Source: Octopus sinensis | Taxonomy: Eukaryota | Assembly (NCBI RefSeq): GCF_006345805.1 | Contig: NC_043013.1 | Location: 1,302,001 to 1,366,000, forward strand | Reading direction: 5' to 3' | DNA: 64,000 bases | Shown: positions 22,993 through 37,400 of the stretch, piece after piece | Layout of the letters: each line of letters starts with the position of its first letter | Position numbering within the stretch: position 1 is the first letter of the stretch | The notes under the pieces: model-generated | Seen by the model: the letters and a program-made list of their open reading frames with translations, nothing else | Databases searched by the model: none | Told to the model about the DNA's origin: nothing | Program-made: the position numbers and the translations under genes

Positions 22993-23379
22993 GTAAATAT
23001 CCCTGTTTCAGTTATTGCCTTTGGTTTTTTTTTGTGTGTGATTAGAAGATACTCTTCAGTTCGTTGGTGCATCAAGAGGCTTAGTAGTGAAGCGGTTAAA
23101 GCTGGCCATAGATACAAGGCACAGAAAGGGGTGATTCACTGAAAATAAAGTGGGAAGGGAGGATGTTGAGAGAAGTGGTTTCAGGGAGAAGAAAGGTAAC
23201 TGGTGGCACAAAAAAAAAAAAGGGATGAAATATGTGCAGATTCTGTTCTCATATGAATACAGTAGTTTAATGGTGGCTTGGTTAGGAGGATGATAGAGGG
23301 GTGTGAAGTGGGGAAGGATTGATGGGAATAAATTGGGTGCAGGTGAAGGCCCATAATGATTTAAGACCTCACTTTTGCT

Positions 23380-23830
23380 GTGATGTTTGGGTCTTCTTGA
23401 GCACATCAAATCATCAGTCATCTTGATCCTTTGGCATCTCCATGAGACAACATTTTGTGATCAGATTTTGCTCCATCATTCCTTGTTTTGTTGGGTTTCA
23501 CTCTCCCACAAGTCCCATCCACATTTAGCAGTTGGCGTTTCTTGATGCAGTTGTTCTCATCCATATGCATCACATGACCATATCACTGTAATCTTCTCTT
23601 TTGCACACTACATTTGATGACTCTTCTGCTCAATTTTCCTCTCAATAAATGTGCACCAAACCATAAATTCATACTGATGTTGCACATCCAATGGACCATA
23701 CTAGCTTCATTCCTCTCTAGCCTTCACAAGTCCTCTGCATTCAGGGCCCACCTCTCACTGCCTTGTAGCATTACTGTTTGCACAAAAGCATCACAGTCTG
23801 CCTTTCACTCTAAGAGACGGAGACCTTTTG
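23380..23830 (-). pseudogene. Degenerate RTE LINE RT C-terminal fragment
   Basis: Minus strand contains GLRLRVKGRL and YGHVMHMDENNCIKK-like segments across frames. Confidence 0.6.
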
Positions 23831-25824
23831 TTATTATAAAAGGGAACAACTCCCTCAACATCCTTCATCCTGTTTTTATTCCAGCAACCATACTTTCAGA
23901 AGTAACATAGGATCCTTTCCCTGTAACTCCAATCAAGTTATTTTATTGAATATTTCTACATTTAAAATCTTAAAAATGTAATGCAACACTTCAACAACTT
24001 ATTTTGGTAATGAGATACGTATATATTGCAGAACAATGTTGCTTGTAGGCCCATAAGAAAATGCTGTGGCATCGGTCTTAAACGGATGACACTAGAAATG
24101 GTGGTGGTGGTGGTGGTGGGCCTTTGTATCACAAACTGAAGGAAGAAGGTGACCAGTGCTGTTATCTTTGTTGATCATATCAAGAATGGAAACGGACCAA
24201 AGTGATTGGGGATTTGCTGTTCTCACTCCCCACAACAAAATCAATGTCCTAAAAGCACCCTGTGGATGCTTGCAACCTATTCTGCCCAGTCAAGCATTCC
24301 CCACACCTTATCCTCCCGGCACCCAGCTCCCCCCCCCACCTTGCTCCTCTATCTATGGCAGTACTTAGCTGGTTGTATTTGAGAGCAGAATAGGCACATA
24401 CTACTACTCCACTCCCCCCCCCATTCTTTGCACTTCCAGTTACCTCCTCTACCTCCTCCTCCTCCTCTTCCCTGCAAGCCTTCCATCCCTTATTCTCGTC
24501 CTGCATTCCTTTCCCCAACTATTCTCACCAAACACCTCTTTTTTGTGCCTTCAGATAGCTCTCTCTCTTCCACCATACTCCATCTCAGGACCTCACATAT
24601 AACTGCTATCAATCTCAACACCCCTTCATATACCCCATCCTACTCTACTCACTGTGCTCCCTCTCACATCACCCCCCTCTATCGCTCCTTCACCCTTGCA
24701 CATCATCCCCTTCCCTCCTTCCTGAGCCACTTCCATCCCTCTCACCAACCTCACCTTCACCCTTGCACATCATTCAATACATTCACCTCTATCCCTACCC
24801 CCTCTCTAACCGCTTGTTACCCTCCACTCACCCTTCCCACCCTCGCCTTCTGATCCCCCTGAACCTGTCTTATGTTCACCTGCCTTGACACTTTGCTCTG
24901 ACACACCCTCACTTTCTTTTCTTGTCCTTTTTATCATCTTCTTGTTTCCTAATTACTGCTATTCACTCTTACAGTGCTGGGGTAGCCATGTCTCTCTTCT
25001 ATAGCAAGAAATCTGTTCTTGTCCCTCAGCACCTGACATATAACCACTGACCCCTTCCTAAGCCCCTCACCCCCACCACCCTAATTAGTCACATGGACTT
25101 TCCTTTTTCCTGTTCCTCTTTTTTTTGTCTTGCAAGTTGCTTGGCAACCTCACTAGTGCTGGTGCCAGGAAAAAAAAAGCACCCAAGCACCCGGGTAAGG
25201 TAGTTGGCTTTTGGAAGGCCTCCAACCTTTAGAAGCATGCCAATGTTGATGTTGGAACTTGGTACACTTGCTGGATCCTCTCAAACCATCCCAACCATGC
25301 CAGCATGGAATATGAAAGTTAAATGATGATGATACACACACGCACACACACGTTACAAACATTACATTCAGTTCTCATTGTGCCTTGTGACACTGGAGGC
25401 TGCAGCAAGATCATTCCACTTTCTAACACTGAACGCGTCCTTGACAGCTTGTTCCATTGTTAGTCCTCTGCCTTTGAGATCTTTTGTTATTATTCTATGC
25501 CACGTTTCCTTTGTCCGGCCATGTCTTCTTTTTACCTTGTGTAACCCATTGCAAAGCAGTCCTGACAACTGAGTTTGGTTTATAGTGACAGACTCAACCC
25601 AGCCATTTCCATCTCCTTGCTTCAATAGTTTCACTATATGTATGAATGTTCACACACACACACACACACACATTCATGTTCCTTCTTTTTACATCTGTTT
25701 TTCCATGCTGGCATGGGTTAGACAAATATGTATGGATGTCTTTTCTATCATTAACTTTTACCTGTTTTATGAGTAAAGAAGTTTCAATTCCATTTGTGTT
25801 TGAAAGTGCAGATCGACTGAGGAA

Positions 25825-26135
25825 TTCAAACACGCACACACACACACACACACACATATACAATGTGCACACACACACACACAGTGCACACACACACACA
25901 CACGCATATACAATGTGCACACACACACACACAGTGCACACACACACACACAGTGCACACACACACGCATATACAATGTGCACACACACACACACAGTGC
26001 ACACACACACAGTGCACACACACGCATATACAATGTGCACACACACACACACAGTGCACACACACACACACAGTGCACACACACACAACACAATATGCAC
26101 ACATGCACATGCATATACAATGTGCACACACACAA
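25825..26135. repeat. CA-rich minisatellite (CACACACAGTG / CGCATATACAATGTG units)
   Basis: Directly visible tandem units. Confidence 0.9.
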
Positions 26136-26917
26136 AAGTACATGATGGGCTTCGTATAGTTTCCATTTACCAAATTCCTTCATAAGGCATTGGTCATTTT
26201 AGGGGGGCTACAGTTGAAGGCTCTTGTCAAAGTGGCTGCACTGTGGGATTGAACCTGAAATGGTGTGCTTGTGAAGCCGATTTTTTAACTCCACAGCCAT
26301 GCCTGCATCTAACACCCCCCACCACTCTGTTATGGTGATGAGGGTTCCAGTTGGTCCAATCAATGGAACTACCTGCTTGTGAAATTAATGCACAAGTGGC
26401 TGAGTACTTCACAGACATGTCTACCCTTAGTGTAGTTCTCAGGAAGATTCAGCATGACACAGAATGTGACAAGGCTGGCCCCTTTGAATTACTGGTACAA
26501 CTCTCATTTTTGCCAGTTGGATGGACTGGAGGAACATGAAATAAAATGTCTTGCTCAAGGTCATAACACACTGCCAGGATTTGAACTCACAACCTTACGA
26601 TCGTGAACTGAATACCCTAACCACTAAGCCACACACACATAATTAGTGAGAAAGACAGAGAGGGATAACGATCCCATTTATGATTGAAAGCATTATCTAA
26701 AGTTTCCAGTTTCAAAGCAATGACTTGGATGTTCAGATGTTTTTAATTATCTAAAGTACATTTTTCCTTCGTTATTTTAGACACTGACACCATGTTTATC
26801 AACTGGTATTTATTACTATTGTAAATTAACCCAGAACTTGCTATATAATTAATTAGTTGTCACATCAACTTGTACAATAATAATACCAGTAGAAGCCAAG
26901 TATCATGAATGACAGTA

Positions 26918-26959
<42 letters not shown>

Positions 26960-28265
26960 ATTACCCCAGAGCCATATGACAGAATGGAAGGGGAAGACAT
27001 GTATACACTGCTTATAGTGGTGGTGGTGGTGGAGACAATCTCCAACATCAACTGTGTTACCTGTTATGTCGTTTTACAACATTTTTGTCTATTTTTCTTT
27101 AATTGTTCTCTTCTGTTCCAATTCCTTTGAGAATGTCATTTCTTTTCTGAGGTCCATTTTAACATTCTAACCCCCAACTGTCCAACGTTTTCCTCAGCAT
27201 TGCACCTGCACTGACATTATTTCGTGAAATATTTTCTCAGAGTTTTCTTATCTACTCATCATATTTATTAAAGGTTAAACTGTGGTTTCAGTCTTGTGTT
27301 ATGCTGTACCTTTGCTGCTAGTTGACAGCAATTACTAATTCTTTGTTATGGCAGATAAGAGAACTAACAAGTGATGTGCTGAGAACAGCAACCGTGGCCA
27401 AGAGAAACGAAAAAGCATTGTTTTCTGTTGTAACTCCAAAAATACCTGGGTTGCTAAAACTTTGCACCATTTTAACCCTTGAACATTGAGAATACTTTGT
27501 CAAACGTAATGCTTTGGGTGTTGAAGAGACATAGTAAAATGGTTAAGAAGTTTTCTTTGCAATGATTAAGAAGAAGGCTTGGTTCCACTGCAGAGAGCAC
27601 TTTGGCCGAGTGTCTTCTCTTCTAACTGCAGTTTGACCCAAACCTTATGAGTGAAACTGGACAGACAGCGTTTATTAGGACATTGGAAGCATTGCAATGC
27701 AAAGAGTTAACTTTGGCACAAAGTCACACTGATTCTTTCTGAGGATTAATTTAATCTTTTAGAGTTTGATCTGGTCATATCTGGCCTAAATACTCTGTGT
27801 TATGTTCAGACTGGTCAGATCTGGTCTCTCACACCTACCCTACACTGTCATTCTAAAAATAAATAGTTGGCATTAGGAAGGGCGTCCAGTCATAGAAACC
27901 AAGCCAAAACAGACAAATGGAGCCTGGTGCAGCTCCTGTCACACCGTCCAGCCGATGCCAGCATGGATAGTGGACATTAAATGTGTGTAGGGTTTTGTGT
28001 TTGTCCCCCTGTAATTGCTTGAAGGGTGTTGGATTGTTTACATCCTAATTACTTAGCAGTTTGGTGAAAGAGACCAATAGAATAAATATCAAACTTACAA
28101 AAAAAAAAAAGGTACTGTTCTTCTACAAACTCTTCAAAGCAGTTGCCCCAGCATGACCTCAGTCGAATGGCTGAAACAAGTAAGACATGAAATTTTAATG
28201 TTGGATCACTTTTGATAATTTTGTAATAAAAATTCTTGTTTTTTTCTCTGCTTTTCTCTTTGCAG

Positions 28266-28413
28266 ACCTACAGAATTGGATGCTCTGGTGTTTGGCCATC
28301 TCTTTACTCTACTCACCACAAACCTACCTGTTGATCACTTTGCTCTGATCATTCAGAAATATGACAATTTGGTTGAATTCTGTAATAATATTCAAGCAAC
28401 GTATTACAAGTGA
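28266..28413 (+). CDS. MTX2: Metaxin-2 final coding exon 9 (PTELDALVFGHLFTLLTT...NIQATYYK*)
   Basis: TGCAG acceptor, PTELDALVFGHL GST-C-like signature, TGA at 28411-28413. Total CDS 771 nt = 256 aa + stop. Confidence 0.95.
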
Positions 28414-29021
28414 AATAACTGGGGTTTGAACCAGCAGACTTATTTAGCTGTTTTTTTTTTTTGTTTGTTGTTGAGATAGTCTGTATTTGAAAATACACCT
28501 GTAGGTTGTTTCTAGTTCTGTGACAAAGAATTAACTGAATCCAGGTTTTCTCCTATAAATCTTGGACAGAGGATAAGATCTACGCTTGTAGATGAGTCAG
28601 TTGGTGGGTGCTGTTAAATCCACGTTCATTGAGACAACAGGTCTTTCAGTGAGTTCCATTTTAAACTGCTGAGAAGTGAGTTTCTCCTGCAAATCTGTGA
28701 ACTCCAAGATTGGGGTCTGAGGAGAGTTTAAGATTGTAAGTTGAATTTGGAAAAGAAATGGAAATCATTTCTGTTTTTTATAACTAACAAACCCTTGCAT
28801 AATTTATTTTAAGACATTTAGTTATCTTTTAACAGTTTCATAAAATACTTTTTCTTGTTTTCAATGTTGATATTTTGACGTTACTGAATTCACTTTTGGG
28901 TCAATACAACAGGCTAAATTATGATTGTATGGAATGATAAAGGAGCCCATTGGATTTCTCTTTGTGACCCCAAAATCTACACAGGTTGTTTATAAATACA
29001 TTTATAGAGAAAAAAAAAAGC

Positions 29022-29027
29022 ATTAAA
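29022..29027 (+). terminator. Candidate MTX2 polyadenylation signal (ATTAAA)
   Basis: ATTAAA about 600 nt after the stop, followed by a T/GT-rich tract. No transcript evidence. Confidence 0.3.
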
Positions 29028-29404
29028 AGAACAATTGTCTTTTATTTTGTTGTATTATTATTCTTCTAATTTACCGGAAAATTCATTTCCAGGATTTTTT
29101 TTTTGTTTCTTCAAGATTATAACCAAAATTTTGTGCACTTTTTTGCTGTTTTGTTTCTTTACTTTGTAATGAACCTTATAATCCTCAATTATTCACATTG
29201 TTTTCAATTAATCTTGCATTATCTTCTAACTTCAGGATTTGGCTGATGTGATTATTTAGTTTAAGAATGACATTGTAGGGTAGGTGTAAGAAGCCAAACC
29301 CAGGTAATTTTAATAGAAAGCAGATAGAATATTTGGACTCGATATAGCCAGTTTAAATGCTACAGGGTTAAAACCAGGAACCACTGAAATCTACAAGTTT
29401 TTTT

Positions 29405-29565
29405 CATCCTCTTTCTGATTATTTTCTTATTCCTTTCTAATGAAGAGCATAGGCTCGAAACATAAAAGACTTTTTCACTTCCCGGAGTGTCAAACTAACA
29501 CAGCTGCTTGTTGTTCATACACCTGTCTATGTCGTTTGTTTTTCTATAAATTTCAATTATATACA
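29405..29565 (+). mobile_element. Penelope-LTR-like repeat with a degenerate hammerhead (29433-29468)
   Basis: CTTT CTAATGA A GAGC ATAG GCTC GAAAC ATA AAAG. Homologous to 47030-47195 and 61355-61530(-). Confidence 0.55.
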
Positions 29566-29983
29566 CACACACACATACTTGTGTGTGTGTTTGTATATAG
29601 AAATATATATATATATATATATATATATGCATACACATATACACACACACGCACATACACACACACATAGTCTTTGTACTTAGATAGAACACCTGTTGGT
29701 GTCTTTCTGTCTGTCTTCCTCTCTGGTTGCCCAGCTAAAATGCTCAGGAATTTACTACTGACTGTTTAATTGTTAAAGAGCCTACATACTACTAAAGTCT
29801 GTTGCTTTTACTGAGCATTGTATGATATGATATTGATAGACCTCACACTTAGATAGGATGATAACATACTAATATATTTGAATATTCATTTCTGTAACTT
29901 TTAAGTATATTAGAATGCTTGAGATTGAAAAAGGAGAAATTAAAAATGAAAAGGTAAAATGAGAGACAGAGAGGGAAAAAGTA

Positions 29984-30015
<32 letters not shown>

Positions 30016-30069
30016 CATAGCATTTTATTATATTTGAAAGTTGCAGACAGAAAATTAATATACATACAC

Positions 30070-30440
30070 AGGTAGGCGCAGGAGTGGCTGTGTGGTAAGT
30101 AGCTTGCTTACCAACCACATGGTTCCGGGTTCATTCTCACTGCGTGGCACCTTGGGCAAGTGTCTTCTACTATAGCCTTGGGCTGACCAAAGCCTTGTGA
30201 GTGGATTTGGTAGACGGAAACTGAAACGAGCCTGTCATATATATATATGTGTGTTTGTCCCCCCCACCATCACTTGACAACCGATGTTGGTGTGTTTACG
30301 TCCCTGTAACTTAGCATTCCTCAAAAGAGACTCATGGAATAAGCACTAGGCCTATAAAAAAAAGTCCTGGGATCGGTTTGTTCTATTAAAGTCAGTGATC
30401 CAGCATGGCCACAGTCAAATGACCGAAATAAGCAAAAGAA
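30070..30440 (+). mobile_element. tRNA-derived SINE (GGCGCAGGAGTGGCTGTGTGG family)
   Basis: A/B-box head. Copies at about 31440-31850(-), 61740-62110(-) and 62640-63000(-). Confidence 0.75.
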
Positions 30441-32439
30441 TGAATATATATATATAGTGTGATGAGCTGGTAGAATCATTAGCACTGTGGACAAAATTCT
30501 GAATGGCATACTGTCTGTCTGTTCTGAGTTCAAATCCCACCAATGTCACCAGTTGAACATTGGGGGTGGGGTCAGTATAATCAATCAGTCTCCTCCCTTC
30601 AAATTTTACACCTTCTGCCTTATAATAAAAAAAGATTGTTAGAACAAAATTTTGTGTTGATCTTGTCTTAATATTTCGTGACAACAAGGCAGACAGCTGG
30701 CAGAAGTGTTAGCACGCTGGGCGAAATGCTTCATGGTATTTTGTGCGTCTTTACATTCTGAGTTCAAATTCTGCTGAGGTCGACTTTGGCTTTCATCCTT
30801 TCGGGGTCGATAAATTAAGTACCAGTTGCACATTGGGGTCGATCTAATCGACTGGTGCCCTCCCCACAAATTTCGGGCCTTGTGCTTGGAGGGGAAAAGA
30901 ATATTTAGTGACAACAGGGACCCTGTAAAAATTTTTTATAAAATAGGTGCCAGTCCTCCTTTCCAATGTCTTTCAGTCTTTTGAACTGCCATTTTGCAAT
31001 TTTTTCCAGTCTTCCAGTGACAACAGGAATACTTTTCAGTCAATCATGTTTGCCAAAGTTTTCTCAAGTTCAAATACACTATTTATTTATTAATTACTGG
31101 TAAGAACACTACTTCGTTATGCAACCGTAATACACTATGTTAGCAGAGCAATTCAATCACTTTTTAAAGATATCCCTACAGATTTGCTACAGAAATTCTG
31201 GCCAGCACTGATTTGTTACGATGGTTCGTATCCGAATATGTCAAATATAAACAATACGATCGAAGCTGGAAAAATGTGTCATGGGTGTTTATACATATTT
31301 CCAGAGTTTTTGCTCCTTTCTCAGCGCCACATCCAACTGATTAACCAGCCACGAACCCATTGCTTGAAAAGGCACTAAATATACTGGTGTAATATTGTTG
31401 GAGAGACCAATTTTACATATTAAACACATTCCTGGAAGCTGGTATGTTTTTATTCTTTTATTTGTTTTAGTAATTTGACTGTAGCCACGCTGGAGCATTG
31501 CCTTTAGTCGAACAAATCGACCCCAGGACTTATTCTTTGTAAGCCAAGTACTTGTTCTACTGGTCTCTTTTACCAAACCATTAAGTTACAGGGACATAAA
31601 CACACCAACATCAGTTGTCAAGCGATGGTGTGGGGATAAAAACAGATACTCAAACATACACACACACACACATATATTTACATATACGATAGGCTTCTTT
31701 CAGTTTCCATCTACCAAATCCACTTACAATGCTTTAGATGGCTTAAGGCAATAGTAGAAGACACTTGCCCAAGGTGCCATGCCATGGAACTGAACCTGAA
31801 ACTATGTGGTTGGGAAGTAATCTTTTTACCACACAGCCATGCCTGCACCTATGTATGTTACCATTGAAAGAAGGAATGTATTTAGTAATGAAATTATACA
31901 GCGTTGGTATTATATCCTTCCATTTTGAAGGTTGCTGGCAGTAATTCTGTAGAACCCATACATGTCGCTTGTGCAAGTATGTCCACATCAGACATTGTAT
32001 TGATCAATATCTGATCATTTGCAGCAAAAGTTTGCTTATAATTGCTGATAAGAAAATAAAACACAATAGTTTGTTTTTATTTGGACAGGAATTAAACCTG
32101 TTAATAGATGCTATATAAGTGTATGAAGCCAACATTTTACATGGTTCATGAAATGGTAGATGGAGTGTTTAAAATATCTTCTTTAATTTTTTGGAAAATG
32201 TTTAACATTTTAATTTATTAAGATTTTGCTTTAAAAAACATTGAGAAAAAAATAATTTTGAAAAATTTTCACACAATGGCAAAATTCAAATGTTACTTTT
32301 GAATTTACTTTTTGCTTTGTTTACAGTGCATAAACACTTCCAATGTAATTTAGACAGCTGTTATAATAAATCAGGCTAAACACTAAGGAAAAGTCTGCAT
32401 ATTTTACAAGAGAGATATCCAGCGTTTCTTAACCCTTAA

Positions 32440-33940
32440 TTAGTAGTGTGCGCAATACATGAGTGTGTATTCAAATATGGTACGTTTTAATCAGTTTTGC
32501 TTTTGTTTGGATTCTATTTTCACAGATTTTACAAGACTACAACAAAATCTGTGACCCTTCATATTTTCCCTTTTTGTCTAATCTGATCATATCTGGTTTC
32601 CGTACTTCTGTCACATGTTCATTTTGCCCAGAAAGTCTCACAGAATCTTATGACAGTTATTTTTAAATACTGGTTTTTAACTAATAATTGGACAAGTTTT
32701 TAAATCTAATTTGAATCCCTATTTTCAAGTCTACTTCACCTTCTGCTCTGCCATGTCATCTTTTGTATGTATTTGTCATCTTGATGCATTCACATAGTAA
32801 ATGACTGACTCTTTTGTCTAATTTACCACTCATCTGACATCTAGTATCTTACTGGCTTTTGTCCTTTTTGTTTCTTTAATTGTTTTCAAGTCATTTGCTT
32901 TGTGCTTCTATCATAAGGGCTACCCTTTTATTTAGTTCCCCATTTTCGTCAGCCAAGACTATTATTATATTTGTAGCATCTTTTGTTTACCAGAAAAAAT
33001 ACAAAATTTGTTCCCAACTTCTCTCTTTTTGCTTGTAATATTTTTCTGCTTCCTAAGGTAGCGAGCTGGTAGAAACGTTAGCATGCCGGGCTAAATACTT
33101 AGCGGTATTTCATCTCTCTTTACGTTCTGAGTTCAAATTCTACCGAGGTCGACTTTGCCTTTCATCCTTTCGGTGTCGATAAATTAAGTACCAGTTGCGT
33201 ACTGGGATCGATCTAATCGACTGGCCCACTTCCCCAAAACTTTGGGCCTTGTGCCTAGAGTAGAAAATAATATTTTTCTGTTTCCATGTTTTTGCCGTTT
33301 CTCCTCCTAGTTCTTCCTATAAGCTTTTTCCAATTTTCATTAACATACCTCTCCAGTCCTACAGTAATTAAGCGAATACTCTGTTTTGTATTATTTCTAT
33401 ATTTTTGCCATGTACATTCTACAAACTCTGTGAATGGACTCCTTGTGTGATCACTACATTTGCAGTTTTCGCATGATTTTATACATTTCAAGTATTTTTC
33501 TTGTCCACAGAAAGAAAGCTACAGAGTGTCTCAGTCTCACCAACCCCTCAATGTAAATTCTTTAACGTTTAATTCTATCAGATTTTGTTTCCAAAGTCTT
33601 CCTCACCCATCTATTCTCCAGCTTTGTCGCATTCTTCTGTTTCTTTCCACAATTCTCAGATATTTCTATCCTTCAACTTCCTCCAATGATCTGGAAGCCC
33701 AAAGATGCAGAAATGTGCATCTACCATTCTCACTGTCCCCTGTTGGATGATTTCCGTCTGGTTCTGATATTTTTGCGTAGTTAAACACAGCACGTTCATT
33801 AAAGATTTTATCTCTGGAAAAATACCACAGTTAATTTGCCTTTTGTAAAGTATTTGCATTGATATGGTAACTTCATATTATTGTATAACTGCACCATTTC
33901 TTCAGGCGATATTCGGACTATCGATAAGGCGTCGAAATTG
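32440..33940 (-). pseudogene. Highly degenerate R4/Dong LINE (RT C-terminus, CCHC, RLE), interrupted by a SINE at 33055-33270
   Basis: Minus-strand remnants KILWDF and RCQMSGKLDKRVSHLLCEC. Many stops. Confidence 0.55.
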
Positions 33941-34044
33941 TGATGACTTTTGGTCGATAACTGATGAAGGGTGAGCGTGTCCTCGTCTTTGCATGTTTTT
34001 TTCTCTGTTTTCCGTGTTCCTTCGTCGTCCTCCAACGCTACATA

Positions 34045-34060
34045 TCTATCTATCTATCAA

Positions 34061-34126
<66 letters not shown>

Positions 34127-34257
34127 AGTCAGTCAGTCAGTCAGTCAGTCATGCAGTCAGTCAGTCAGTCAGTCAGTCAGTCAGTCAGTCAGTCAGTCAG
34201 TCAGTGTCTGCTGTCTGTCTGTCTGTCTGTCTCTGTCGTCTGTCTGTCTGTCTGTCT

Positions 34258-34330
<73 letters not shown>

Positions 34331-34567
34331 TGTCTGTCTGTCTGTCTGTCTGTTGTCTGTCTGCTGTCTGTCTGTCTGTCTGTCTGTCTGTATGTCTGTC
34401 TGTCTGTCTGTCTGTCTGTTGTCTGTCTGTCATCATCAGTCATAGTCAGTCAGTCAGTCAGTCAGTCAGTCAGTAGTCAGTCAGTCAGTCAGTCAGTCAG
34501 TCAGTCAGTCAGTCAGTCATTCAGTCAGTCAGTCATCGTAGTCAGTCAGTCAGTCAGTCAGTCAGTC

Positions 34568-34652
<85 letters not shown>
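34045..34652. repeat. Compound (TCTG)n/(TCAG)n microsatellite, about 600 bp
   Basis: Directly visible. Confidence 0.98.
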
Positions 34653-34653
<1 letters not shown>

Positions 34654-35519
34654 GCATGTGTGTATTTATGTATATAAATATGTATATGTGTGTGTGTATG
34701 TATATATATGTGTATATGTGTATATATGCGTATGTGAGTGTATATATGTGTGTGTGTGAGTTACACACAGACACACACTAAATTTCAAGTATAAGAACGC
34801 GTATCGCTTTCTTGTTCTCAACCAAAGTATATATAAAAAAAGAAACATCCATTTAATTTGCAGGTATATTTGTCGAAGTATCATTTACTGAAGAAGGTCA
34901 TTGAATTCAATTATAGAACCTGAGTATCGTCGATATTTTCATGTTGCAACCAGTTCCATATTCTGTAAGACGTGTGGCGATTCACAGTTTCTTGGCCGAT
35001 ATAATGTCATACTTACTGTCTACACGGTTATAAAATTTAATTCAAAGACTTTCACTATAGGAATACCTTGGTAAAGTAATCTGTGGAACAAAGAAATGTT
35101 TGTTATTATTTTTCTTTTATTCTCAAAGACTTTCATCAAAAGAAACATTGTTTTATTCAAATGGTTTCTTTTATACGAAGAAAAAGAACAACGGTAATGG
35201 TTTCAAATTTTGACTCAAGGCCAGGATTTCGAGGTAGGGGGTAAGTCAATTACATTGAGCCCAATGCTCAGGTGGAACTGATTTTATCGATCCCGAAATG
35301 ATGCAAGGCAAAGTCAACCTCGGCGGAAATTGAACTCAGAACATAAAGACGGACGAAATACTGATAAGCATTTTGCCCGGCGTGCCAACGATTCTGCCAG
35401 CTCGCCGCCTTAATAATAGTTTTTTTTTATTGGTTACAAAAGACTACATAAACGGTGCAAAGAAAAAAAGAACATAGGAAACAGGGGGATTTGAACTCGT
35501 ACATAGATTAAATAAACAA

Positions 35520-37400
35520 TACAATAACAAGACAGATTCTCAAATAGATGGGAGACTTTCGAGAGCAACCCGTGAAAACCCCACAAATGGCTCGGTCCTC
35601 TTGATCACTTGGGGGAGCTCTTTCCTCAACCAGTCGTCCAGGCTAAAAGCGCATACTCACAGTAGGTCCATTCACTCGGACCATGCTCATCGCTCTCATT
35701 CACCTTTCAATGAATTTGCTTGAAGGCAATACTTCCCTCTCTACCCTTAATTGGAATTTGAAAAAAAAATGATAAAGCGTTTGTATTCAGTTTACTACAC
35801 AACCATTTTCGGCTTATCCATTACACGAATGAAAACTGCCTAGCGTTTCCGTTTAAAGGAAAGCGGTGGGGGCGACCTCCACAATGGACTCAGCTGATAA
35901 CCATATCCAACCTTCACGTGATAGCTAACGTTTAACATAACTCTATAAGTCGGCAAAGCTCTGGTACTGGACGAGTGGGCACAGAACAGTTTCGTCTCTC
36001 TACGCGCATCTCAGTCAGGTCCTGCTAACGGCTCTTCTGTGCTTGTAGAGTTTGTCTCGAACAGGCAATACCCCACCGAGAGCACTAACAAGCCAGATAT
36101 TTCTGGAAATTACCCATGGGTTTCGATCTGAAAGTCTTCCGGAACAGACCGGCCAAGTGATTTTCATCGACGCCCAGAGTTTCATCAAGAACGTCATCTC
36201 ACTTGCCTATCGCTTACCCTCTATAGAACGCAATCGTGAAATTTCCACTACCAGCATTGTCTGATTGGTAGTGTACGAACGTTTTGCATCAATAGCCACA
36301 GAATGACTAGTTCACTCCTAAACGGATGTTGACTAAAAATGAAGCATCTGACCAGTTGAACACGGACTTTGCTCAGAAGGCGAAAGAACAGACGTTCCAG
36401 GCTGTATAGACGTGAAACCAGTGAAAGGCATGATAGTTATAGATGACGACAGAAGCGAAGTAAGCCTTTTACTCCTCCTTTCAGAGTTAGTTTCCTCTCA
36501 GTCCATTTTTGAGTTAGACTGGTTGCTACCGAAGCTTCTGATCGCTAGCTACTTACCATAACCCCCGAACAGATGTCACTTACACTGAAAAGGGTTGTCC
36601 GCAAAGCCAACGCCTCTTCAAGGTTTCTAAGGCTCCTTTAATCTAGTTTTTTTCTATCGCTGTATGCTTACTAAATCTTATTGACTCTACTCTAATCACC
36701 CTTTTCAAGGCAACTCACTATCTATTATTACCGACTGCCCTCGTTAACACGTGCTTAACTTATTCGCTAATTCGCTCTCTGCAAATTTGGCGCGCCCGGC
36801 AAGACGCGTTCAACTCCCTTATGAAGCCTAGTTAATTCGACCGTGCAGATCACAAATTTGTGGTGTGTGTAACCGACCACTTTAAACTGTGAACGATCTA
36901 TGCAGTCCGTATCTACTGCCTGACATAATACTTAAGAAAAAATACGCTCTGGATGACCCGATGCACTTTGTCTACGAACACACTGGAACATTTCGGAAAT
37001 CCAGTCGGCACCTGTTACTTGAAAACGTTTCAATAGGTTTTCTAGGTTTTTGCACCTCCTTTTCTATCCTATACCCCAACACATGCATCCACTTGCACTA
37101 AAGGATGGGATGTCTAAGAAGATTTGTTCTCATCGGGATATTGACGGCTACAAGTCTGAAGGTATGGTCTCCGCCGCTGATTACATCCATCACCATCCAC
37201 TTGTCTTCCGTCTCCAGAAAGATGGTCCGTATCATAAGATCTAGCCTTCTCCGAAACAACTCCTCTGCCTCCCGTTTCCGGCAGACTTTTAGATGCGTAC
37301 ACTTCGTAGCCACCAAAGATGGGCGCGAAGTCTTGTGGCTCGGTTTCACTGCTGGCCACCACATTTATATCTCGTGATCTGAGGTCGTTAAACAGGTTGT
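35520..37400 (-). pseudogene. Internally deleted Tx1/L1-type LINE relic (APE domain, zf-RVT, C-terminus)
   Basis: 37098-37364 VMDVISGGDHTFRLVAVNIP (endonuclease-like); 36015-36197 LPVRDKLYKH (zf-RVT-like); 35600-35750 RVEREVLPSSKFIER C-terminal motif. Confidence 0.6.

Noticed and set aside
25594-26185. Cys/His-rich ORFs resembling metallothionein or His-rich proteins
   Set aside because: Translations of a CA/TG minisatellite, open in several frames on both strands.
33930-33990. GAAA and CTGATGA in permuted (type II) hammerhead order
   Set aside because: Could not form helix II or III by eye.
33964-34884. Long ORFs (up to 262 aa) of SVCL/QTDR repeats
   Set aside because: Translations of the (TCTG)n/(TCAG)n microsatellite.
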